In this document: positions 51,701 to 63,700 of the stretch, piece after piece
Numbering within the stretch: position 1 is the stretch's first letter
Layout: each line of letters opens with the position of its first letter
NCBI RefSeq assembly: GCF_040938485.1
Contig: NW_027273809.1
Location: forward strand, 1-64,000
DNA: 64,000 nucleotides
From: Diadema antillarum
Taxonomy: Eukaryota
Direction: 5' to 3'
Made by a program: the position numbers and the translations under genes
Notes under the pieces: generated by a model
Seen by the model: only the letters and a program-made list of their open reading frames with translations
Database searches by the model: none
Told to the model about the DNA's origin: nothing

Positions 51701-54700
51701 GAGGGCTACCGTTATAAAGTGGGTCCTTTCGACCTACGGACTGGTAGCAGAGGCCAGTTTGCTGTCCAGGCTGAAAAGAATGCTGCTGTGGCGCTTCTCT
51801 CTAAGAACATTTCGGAAACAAGTTACTATGAAATCTGTAAGTGAACATCAATTACTGCCTTTGTCCGAAAAAAAAAACAAAACAAATCCCTTTCATGAGA
51901 GCACAACCGAATGATTAACTTTTCCCTTTTTCTTCGGGTGTCAAGGGAAACACACACAATCATTGAAACGAACATACATTATGATAATGTTCTCTTTTAC
52001 ATAGTATATTGGGATTGATTTATTATCAAGAATTGTGATTCATCAAAAATAGAAAATGTGCAGCTGAAATGTAGTTAACGATATTGCATAGGGAGTTTTC
52101 GTGTAGTCATATTATCTTGGTCATTTCTGAGATACTTTGTCGCTTCATTTACGACAGTGATCGGGGCAGAAGGCAACGTCAAGACTGAGCTTAAAAAGTG
52201 CCTGGACTCTAAATGTTACACCGTCGTAAGCGAGGACACTCCGTACATCCTCAAATCCATCAAGAAAATCTTGTTCTTCATCGAAGTCATTCCATCGCTC
52301 GACGGCACTATTCAGGTACTGATTAAACTTGTTACTATAAAACAAATTTCATTTGATTTGATTTGTTTTGATTTGATTTCTGCGTTTTTCACAAAGTTTA
52401 TACAACGTAGCAAACAATGTTCCAACACTAATCGTGTCATATCCAACACAAAATGAATATGAATATAATCACTTATAAAGTACCAACAACAAAACATTGT
52501 ATAAGTGAGTTATAATCACACAAGAACATTTGGAACATCATTGATTATACAATCGAATTAATACAAACAAAATGCAGGAGACCGTCATTTTAAATTGAAG
52601 CTTGAATTTGATGACGGCCTCTGGAAAAGCATATGGCTTATACTTCATTACAAATCGTTTACTAGTAATACATATTAAATTGCATAACAGTTCAACAGTG
52701 TCCAATTTTGAAGATGCTTCTGTAGAATTTCGATTTCTTATGATTGCTGTAGTTGTTCACAGGATTGTAAAAGGGGATATGAAATAATGATACAGGCCCA
52801 GGGTGCCTAAGCAGAAAAAAAATCGACCTCTTTCTTTCATTTATCATTTTTCTGCAACGAGGTAAAAGAACATAATGATAATCTACAATTATGCACTGCA
52901 GGAAGACAGGTTTTTGGAGGAGTGAAAGAAACATAATACACAATGTTAGTGCAATTATGACAGGCATCACCACAGGTCCACATGTTTTGCTCCGTATTTA
53001 TGTCACTTCTTTCTTCTCTTCCAATCCGTTTGGAATACATTATTCATTATTGTCTTTTTGTAGTTTTTTCACTAACATTCACGTCAATAATTTGTAACGG
53101 CAGAAGTAAGATTATATATTTCTCATAAAGATTCGGGTTGGCACTGGAGGCTTCCTGGACACGTCGAATAGCAGACTGCTAGTCTCGTACGAGGATAAAA
53201 ATCCGATTCACATCGAGTACGTTGCAGTCAGAACTTACGAAACATGGGGCAGATGGACCCTTTATCAGAAACTACTATTGCCAGGTAAGACTGCATAACC
53301 CCCCCCCCCCCCCCCACAAACGCGATTCATTTTACATGCTGGTCTACAATATATCATAACAACAAAGATTTCTTGTGCCGGTAATACATGACTCATAAAA
53401 CATAATATTATCATTTAATGGCGGACACATTACTTTAACTGGTTTGACGTTTTGTTCTTCTTTGAAAGGGCCCAGGCTTATTACAAGTGATTTTAACATA
53501 AAAGAAAATCATATTCTCATATTGCCCATAAATGAGCCGTAGTATAAAGTTTTAAAAATAGGACGCTTCAATACACTTTATGAAATACATTTGAGAATGT
53601 GTGTAGGGTCTAATATCTCCGATATAAAAAGACAATATCCTTTCAGCAACGTCAAACACACCAATGAGCGCTCCTCCTGAAGCCGAGGAGGTAACCGCCG
53701 CATGTAGTTATGATAAATCAAGGTGAAACATTGCAGGAAAATCAATTACAGTAATCTTTTTCCTTGTCTCATTGTGAAAGTACTTTTGTTGAACCATCAC
53801 TTACTGGCTACTCTAGAGGACGTGGAGACATTCACTACTAAAGCGGGAGGGGGATATCACCTGATTTCTCCTTCACGCTATGGAGAGGCAGCAGAAGATA
53901 CTGGATTAAGAGGAGTCGCACGTTTTGAATTCTCGGTGAAGTCCGTGAAGCATGCAGTCATCTCTCTGTCTGGAAAGGCGGTTTCTGGCGAAGAACCCGA
54001 CCGATATGAAATAGGTAACACAATGAGTCACAGGGTGATTTTCGTAAAACGTACTGGTTGATATACCCATATAGAAACCACGATATCTCCCATAAGCATT
54101 CGGCAGTTTACGTCCATAACGAAGCTGTATGCTGTCTGTTGCTGTTATTCAACCTCGCCAAATAAGAAACTTATTTTTCAAGATATGCATAATGAAGATT
54201 ATATGTATCAACAAAATTACTGCATTTCTTGCCTTTTTGTTGCTTGCTTTTTTTCTAGTAATTGGAGCGAACAGCAACAGGGAGGTGATCATTCGTCGCT
54301 GCGAGGCAAGAAACTGTACACTGTTAGAAGTGAGAGAGGCTAACGGTGTGCTGGTGCCGCGGAAAGCCACAAACTTCTTCCTGGAAGTGAGCTTCGGTGG
54401 GAAAGGGGCGCCATTCGTCCGACTCGGCAAGGCTGGCGGGCTTGACTCCAGCGATGAAAATATTCTTGTTTACACTGATTCCAATCCGCCTCTTGTTGTT
54501 ACCATGGGTTTCGGGACGCCATACTCAGTGGGGAGGTGGGCCATCAATCGCTTCATTCGATTCGAGGGTATGTAAGCCCATTTGAATTTTAGAAAAGTCA
54601 TTGCCAAATTGTCATTAATGATAGTACATCATGTAATGACTTTCCTTCGTCCGGCTACAGACCTAGTTATAAAGTTGAATGAAGATAGAATGCAGGCAAT

Positions 54701-57700
54701 ATAAAGTTCTTCCACTTGATACATACCACTGAACACGGCACACATGATATCACTATCCGACCACGATCCTATTTTTCTTTTCTTTTTCCCGAACAGCATG
54801 ACAATGCCGGTTTCCCCCCTTGCAATTTCTTTGCATAAATGATGCTGCGATCAATTTGTCCTAAGGCGATTGATAATGGACACTGTCATAATAGTGTAGA
54901 TATATTTAAGTGTAATATCAAAGTTCAAGCTTTGAAGATGTATAAAGTAAAGCATGACATCATTTTTTTGCTTACTGATTTCTTCAAAACAGCCGATATC
55001 ATAGACTTTGTAACTCCAGCGTCGGAGGATTTCGTATTCGGACTGGGTCCTTTCCCGTCCGCCGAGCAATCGCGAATCGAGTTCTCTGTCCAAGCCGACT
55101 GTACCGCTGAAGTCGTGTTCACATCGCACTCCTCACTCACTGCAGACAACTACACCATTATGTGAGTTTGAATTATACTCATCCTTTCACATAAGTCTTA
55201 CAAGCACGATTAAAACACGTTGCCTAGCTTGGCTAGCTATCAGGCCAAAGCATTTTTTCTTGGGGAACCAACTAGCCCAAGTACCAACTAAAGCCAGTGG
55301 TAAACTATTTGACACTATGTTATAGAATTCACAGCGATAATTGAAAATAAAACGGACTATAATAAGTAAACATTAATACCTGGTCAATCTGATAACGTGT
55401 TAGATGAATTTAGTTCACTATTTGCACCGTACAAAAGCAGCTAAGTGCATGGCATTCAGCTTATTTCTGTATGAAAATTGGACTAAAACACGGAGGTACA
55501 GCTGTATCTCTTGTTTTTTCTTTGAAATCAGTAATTATCTGGAAAATAATTCCATTAAAAAGTGGGAAAACGTAATGTGGTAACTGAAAATATGTTTGTT
55601 TATACCCAATGGATTCCAGCTATTGGTAAGGAGCGCAATCAAAAGACTGTGCTCGACAAATGTAAATCGAAGGTGTGCAGGTCGCTACACGTGGTCAATA
55701 CGCCAGCATCCTAAGCTCTGTAGTCTCAGCCAACTTCTTCCTAGAACTCTCTCGTAGAGATGGGATGTTGTCAGCCCGGCTTGGTCGGTAAACCTGGTCG
55801 GCAGCCTCCATTCCGACAGCTCTACCCTCCTCGTGTTCGAAGACCACGACACGATCCATGTGACCTACGTCGGTTTCCGGACTGTCAAATGCTCGGGGTT
55901 GTGGTCGGCATCGAGAGAAGCGACAACAAATGCTGGTAGCTCAAATTTTAGTCTCACCCCTGTAGGCTGTAAAGTGTTTTGTTTCATTTAACTCTTTGTA
56001 ATAATAAAATGTTATATTTTACATCATTTATTAGATTTTTATTCTGCAGCAATTTCTTGTGTTCCTATCTGTGGAATTTCATCACATATATCATTCTCGT
56101 TTGATAATGAATACAATTATTTGGAATTTCATTTTCCGTGGATCTTATATTACGTCTGTATCACTATTGATTTGATTTTGATATGTTTTTTTCCCCCACG
56201 GAAATGACGAGCAGACGGTTTCCTGTCTTCTTATATGCTGTGCTTATGAACCCAGTTAAAAGCCTAGGATCTGCAGGTTTTTATGTGAGTTCACATTTGC
56301 TATAGCTTTTGTTAGATGTTATAAGCCTTCCGTTGGTGTTGGTGCTGGTGCTCTGTATACACATTGACTAAACTCCTCGATAAAAATTGAATGCCATGTA
56401 GCCCCTACAGCCTCACCAGAACACCCGTTGACGACAGCTACAAGGCAAATATTCACTGATGCTTCAGTTGCGCCTTCAAGGCCGCCACCAACGCTTCAGG
56501 AAGACCCAGGTAAAAAGATCTATTTCACTTAAATTAGAAACTGATGATACGTCCTATTATGATACACTCAGCAAAAAAGAAAAGAATTTTTGGCTAAATG
56601 GTAATGTATTACATACCATATGAAAGGTAATTTAATCGGCTATCAACTGATTAAGTCAATAAATAGGGAAGCTTTACGTATGAATGAACACCTTTGTTTA
56701 TCTTTTCCAAGGCACAAAAGTAAAAATTGCAAAAATAAGCAAGTTGTTATTCATGCATAAATGCTCTTCCATGTAACAATATGAACAAAAGACAAATTTA
56801 AGACAATAAAAAACATGAATTCGGTCGCAAAAACATACCTTTGATCTCTATGATATCTTTGAAGCCCAAAAGATCAATAAAAGCTAAAAATAATGGAGGC
56901 CGGAAACTGGAGAATTTTCTGTCAATCCAAATTCAAATTGAATGAATAAAGCAATAGTAACAAAAAAAGGTAGGATTTTGAATTGATTTCTCAAATTGAA
57001 AAAAATGTAAATTATATTTGGTTCTTGAATTTGTCACATGAATTCACAAATTACTAAATTGAATGAATGAAATAAAGATATCTTGTTCATTTAATCATCT
57101 TTATGCCCTTACTCCCTATGTCATTTGAAGTTTGAGTTGACAGAAAATTCTTATTTTCCCCCTTAAGTCTCCGACTTTGATATTGTTTAAGGTTATAAAG
57201 AGACAAAGAGAACGAAAACTTATTTTTGCTATTTCATTCATGTCTCTCGTGTTAAAGTGGTCTTTTGTTATCATTGTTATCTTAAAAGGCATTTGCAAAT
57301 TTATTTATTTTTGCAATTTTTACTTTTGTGCCTTGAAGGACAATGAAGGACGAAAACAAATGTGTTCACTCATGCGTAAAGTTTCCCTTTATATTGACCT
57401 ACTAGGTTGATAGCCAATTAAATTACCTTTAATATGGTATATAACACATTGATTTTCATCAAAATATTCTGTGAAAATTATGAACTCGAAAAAGTGTTTA
57501 CTTTCTTGTTTTGCTGAGTGTATTTTCTAGCGCTTAACACCATTTCATATGACACTGAAGAAATCAGCATGAATCTACACCGACGAAAAAAACCCCACTC
57601 TACATGAGGTAAACTGGGAATGCTATAGCAGAAAGCAACAAATGAAAATATTACTACAGATTATAGACCCATCCTCCTTACGAAAAAAACTAGAAATGTC

Positions 57701-60700
57701 GCTATGGCGACTGATGCCTCCGCCATAATGCATGATTCTCCCAATAGGTGTATGGTACAATGTCTTCACAATGTGTTATGACAGGTTTCACATAACTGGC
57801 AAAATATTGAAATGACAGGTTTGTCAGAAATGTCTTGAATGTTCATTTTCCTTGAACTGGGTTTGCTATAATTGTCTAAGAGTGCAGGTACACATATTTG
57901 GGGAATTGAGAATTTTTACTTGAATTCTGACGGACCCTTTTATAAGTTTATGCATTGAGTAATTTCCAAGGTATGAAGAAAGAGTGTAATTACAGTACAA
58001 AATAGATTTTTTTTTTTGGGGGGGGGAGGGCATTGAAACCTGGCCTTTGACCCTTAACCTTTGACCTTTGACCTTCTGGCTGGAAATTTCCGGGAGAATC
58101 TCCATTAGGTAATGCATGTATATATTAAGTTTTAAAACTAATAATGCAAGCATTGCATATACTAGTATATGAGAGAAATAGTAAAATTTTGAGGAGTTGA
58201 CCTTGACCTTTGACCCTGACTATTGACCCATGACCCCTAAATTCCCTAGATAATCCCTGCCAGTCAGTTCATGTGTATGTACCAAGTTCCATAAAGATAC
58301 ATTGAACCTTTTGTGAGAAAAGTGATATTGCAACATTTTCACCTAACCTTTGACCTTTTGACCTTTGACCTTATGACATGAAACTCTCTGGAGAATCTTT
58401 ACGCAGTAGTACATGTCTACACCAAGTTTCAAGAAAATACCTTTGGGCATTGCATAGATATGGGGGAAATAGCAACATTTTTAGCATTTGACCGTGACCT
58501 TTTGACCTTTGACCTCTTGACCTCTTGCTGAACAAATGTCTGAGTGACAACACCTTGCCAAAGCTATGGAGGAAATCCAGAGTGGTCGTCTTACTCAAAC
58601 CAGGCAAAGACCCAGCCAGCCCAAAGAGTTACAGACCTATCTCCCTGCTCTGCCACACATACAAGCTCTTTGAAAGGCTCTTACTCAACCGTATCGCCCC
58701 TTTTGTAGATGAGCTCCTCATTCCCGAGCAGGCAGGCTTCAGGCCAGGAAAGTCCTGTACTGGCCAACTGTTGAATCTCACACAGTACATCGAAGATGGG
58801 TTTGAGGAAGGACTGATAACTGGAGCAGCTTTTGTTGACCTCTCTGCGGCCTACAATACAGTGAACCATAGGATTCTAACAAGGAAAGTCTTTGAGATGA
58901 CCAAGGATGTCAAGCTGACACAATTGATCCAGAACCTGCTTTCAAACCGGCGGTTCTACGTGAATCTGAATGGTACCCGCAGCAGATGGCAGAGACAGAA
59001 AAACGGTCTCCCGCAAGGAAGCGTCCTTGCCCCGCTTCTTTTCAACATCTACACGAATGACCAACCAATCCATCCAAGTACAAGGAGCTACCTGTATGCT
59101 GATGATCTCTGCATTGCCTCACAGAAGCAATCCTTTGAAGAGGTGGAAAAAGCACTCAGTGATGCTCTGGCAGGTCTAGCTCCTTACTATGCCACAAATC
59201 ACCTACGTGCAAATCCTGAGAAGACTCAACTTAGCGTCTTCCACCTTAAGAACAGAGATGCTAACCGACAACTGAGGGTCAGATGGTATGGAAAATGGCT
59301 TAAACACACCAATAAGCCGATCTATCTAGGCGTCACACTGGATCGTTCCCTTACTTACAAGGAGCACATTGCCAAGACCAAGGCAAAAGCTGGAGCAAGG
59401 AACAGCATATTGAAGAAGCTTGCCCGAGTATGCAGCCCCTGTCTGGTGTAGGTCATCCCATGCTGCAAAGATCGACCCAGTCCTGAATGCAGCTTGCAGA
59501 GCTATCTCTGGATGTCTGCGACCAACAAGAGTAGATGACCTTTACTTACTGTGTGGTATTGCCCCACCACACATCAGGCGAGAGGTCTCAGCACAGATGG
59601 AGAAAACCAAGCAAGAAGTTAACCCTCGCCACCCACTCTACAATCGTGAACCTGCTAAAAAGAGACTCAAATCCAGACGCAGTTTTCTCCATTCAACCGA
59701 ATCCCTCGATGGCACCGCCCACGGTCGAAGGATTACCCTATGGTCCAACCACCTCCAGTCTGTGACGCATATAAGCTCTCCTATGGACCAAGTGAATCAC
59801 TCCCTCCGGGTTCAAGTGAGGCATGGCCCACCTGGTCATGCCTGAATCGCCTACGGACAGGAACAGGACGATGCAAAGTCCTCATGCAGAAATGGGGCTA
59901 CAATAGGGATGGAGAAACTCCTTGCAACTGCGAGCAGGACCAGACAATGCAACATCTTTTGGTCTGCCCCCTCCTACCAGAACCATGCACTGTCAATGAT
60001 CTGGAGACTTTCAACACCAAGGCCAGATCCTGCGCTCTGCACTGGACAGGACTTGTGTAGTGACTCGAGAAGAAGAAGAACCTCTTGCCAATGTCACTAA
60101 AATCTACTTAAGTAATTGTCCCATCATACATCATCCTTGGACCAAGTTTGGTGAAAGCTGCTTCATCCAGTTTTGAGTTATCACGTAAACAGATAAATTT
60201 TAGGATTTGACCTTGATCTTTGACCTTTGACCTCTGTCTGATTTCACTAAAAAACTAATCAAGTAATTGTCCTATCATACATCATCCTCAGACAAAGTTT
60301 GGTGAAATTTGCTCTATCCAGTCTTCAGTTATCGCGAAAACGGATACAATTTCATGATTTGACCTTGACCTTTGACCTTTGGCCGATTTCACCCAAAAAC
60401 TTATCAAATAATTGCCCCATCATACTTTATACTTGGACCAAGTTTGGTAAAATTCCAGTCAATATTACTCAAGTTATCGCGTAAACGAAAGCGGACGGAC
60501 GTACGTACGGACGTACGTACGGACGGACGGACAACCCGAAAACATAATGCCTCCGGCACCACTTCGTACTGGCGGAGGCATAAAAAAACAATTGCGTACA
60601 AAAAAGTGGTTATCAGTGATACAATACGTACTGGTCTGCAGACTGAATTTCTAGTTCATATAACTATGAAATTATTCGACCCTGAAATACTGAAAAGATT

Positions 60701-63700
60701 TTTCTTTTCTTCCTTTATGTGTCCACATTTATTTCTTACATTCATATCTAAAATATCCATCACCAATTATGATCGCTAAAATGACAGGCTTTTGTCACTA
60801 TTTATTGAATACGATAACCTTCTAGTGGACAAGGTGATCTTCGAGACTTCGGCAGAGCTCATCGATCACTACCAGTATGCAGTTGGACCAATCGTTCCAG
60901 TTAGGCCGTCACGATTTGAATTCCTGCTCCAAGCACAGTCTGACGCAGTTGTCGCTCTCTCATCTAGTGACTCAGTGGACCACCCGACTTACAAGATCCG
61001 TGAGTGTGGTTACCGAATGTTTTCATTCGAACCAACTTGAACCAGAGATTTCAAGAAGAGCATACAATCGTTTATGTGAAGATGAGATAAACTTGCAATA
61101 ATGACGCAAGGTAAAGATTTAATGAATTACGCTTCAAATTTATAATTGGTGAAATTGCAAAGAAGATCGCAATTAAGTAGACTTATTCCTCATTTTAACA
61201 TCTGTATGAATAAGTTTTCATGTAATCCATAAAAGTCTAAAAAGTGACGTCCAAACAGGTATCTTGATCTTCATCCACTGAGACACTTCGTTTTTTGACT
61301 CAACGTTAACAAACCCAACAGACATAGGGGCTAACAGAAACAGCGAGACCCATCTAATGCGGTGTTCCTCGAAATTCTACTGTCCTGCTCGTCTCACGGT
61401 CAAGACTCCAAACCTCTTGAAGGCAAACGGTGTCATGAAATTTTTCGTAGAATTGGTTTTGTGCAGCAGCACAAACAAACTGAAAATACGGCTCGGACTT
61501 GCCGGTGACATGGTAAACAAGGACTCCGTTATAATGGACTACGAGGACGAGGAACCGCTCAGTGCTGTGATGGCAGGCTTTGGAACCATTGGAGTGGTTG
61601 GGCATTGGGTGGTCTATCGTTTCCTGTTTTACTCTGGTAAGTAACCAATGTGAAATATCAAGATAATGGCAAAGGAAAAAAATGAGCAGGGAAAATAAGA
61701 AGAAACACAGAAAAGGAAAGCGATTTAGTATGCTATCACATCAATCAAAAGGCGTACAATGGTAACGATGACCCTTGTCCAAGGATGTGCACGCTTGGCA
61801 GGATTCCAAACTATAGGATCCGCAATTCAAGAATCTACGCTTAAACTACACCCAACATAATGCTTCCACAAGAGCGGTTATGATAATGATGACAGGAGAA
61901 ATAACACTGTTAGAGCTAATGAAAATGTTATGTCATTGTCATTGATGTACACTTCAGGTATAAAAGATTCGAAATGAAACTGGACCGACGAAGAAAGAAT
62001 TAATTGTTGACAACGCTAACATTATGCCTATATAGTTTTTATAGAACTCCTTCAAAATGCTTGAAGGTAACATCGCAGTTTTAAATGATGGTGAAGTTTT
62101 AACCTAAAAATCTAAATTATAGAAAGTGAAACAACCATCACTTTCAACACTCAATATTTTTCGATCAATATATCTACGCTTAGTTGCATTCATTAACTTC
62201 ATCTCAATTATTGTATTATTCCTTTTTTACAGGAACCACGCAAATTACATTATTCAGCACAGGAAGGTACCAAAGCACTTACATGGCTGTAAGAAATGAG
62301 GAAGAAATGAAATTTTCCTTCAGTGTAGCTGCTCAACAAAACGCCCTCATCGGCCTATCCAACAACCCTGAATATACGACCGGCAGTGACGTCATGCAAA
62401 TTCGTGAGTAAATCTAATAGTCGATGTCAATACCAATGACACTGACTGCTCTGACCTATGAGAGTGTTTTCATTACTGGTAAAAGAGTATCTGACCAACA
62501 AAGTGATATCGAATCATAAACATCTGCCATTAGATCGTTATCGTATACTTGATATCACACATTTTGATTTCAAAATTAGGTAGAATCCCAACTTCGAAGC
62601 GACCGAGCGGGGGGAGGATGAGGGGAGGGTGTGGGAGGCCGGGCTGTCCTTCCTTCTACAACAGAGATATTTGAAATTGAGAAATTAAATGAGTGAATTT
62701 CAGGCTACTCTATCGGTCCCATTTCAGTGATCATCAATTCATGCGACTGCGAGATAAATTCAGACATTGTCGCACAGTGAATAATTTACTTATCAGTGTC
62801 TTTTATATTCTGGTATGCAAACGCAGATAGCTTGCGTTCGTTTATGAAAGTATCATTCGCCGCGGTGTTTTGCATCTTAAACTTACACAATATTTTTGTT
62901 GGGTGGCATATTTAAAAAAAAAAACCCGCACACCATAGATTCTTGATACATGATTAGTATAACCCATGTAAGCGACGATGAACTTTTATGTCTCTTCAGG
63001 GCTTGATGTCGGTGATAACAGACGTTCTCTGATCTCTAGAAACGGCGAAGAGATCGTCTCGACGGACTCTCACTTTGGCCACATTTCCGTTGTCCAGAAC
63101 TCCACATTCTGGGTGAAGGTGGATGGGGCTATTGTGGAAGTGGGAAGAGATGGGAGTGACCACTTTATGGTTGCTGAGCTGAAGGAACCTGTACGCGCCA
63201 AATACATATGGTTTGCCAGCGGTGACGCAAAGTCTGCCTATCACTGGATGTCATACAAATACTTTTACTACAGTTCCATCAGTGGTATGCATTATCAAAA
63301 AGATTGTAATTTCGTTTCAACTCGTTCAATCTTTTATATGTGTGTGTATTATATGTGTAAGTGTTATATGCGATTGTATAACTCGTGCCGTTTGCATCGC
63401 AAGTGACGAACTATTTCTCTGTATTTTTTGTGTTATTCACTGTCTCATTTATTGCGGTGTTTGAAACACTTTCTTTGTAGAATGTTTCAATATTTTCATA
63501 TTTGCCTCAATCAAAACCAAATAATATGCATCATGATAAAAAGAGTGAAAAGAAAACGCAAGAAAAGTGACGGATCCTAGGCTGGTACTATTTGATTATA
63601 AGTATTTCGCTGCAAATGAACATGTTTTGTGGCTACTTGACATAATCTCGGTTCCGCAATCTTTGTGAACACACCACTCTGTTTTTCTCAAGGTCACCTT

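Noticed and set aside
54129-54258. Apparent signal or TM segment FLAFLLLAFFLVIG in the ORF track
   Set aside because: It is the translated polypyrimidine tract before the acceptor at 54258.
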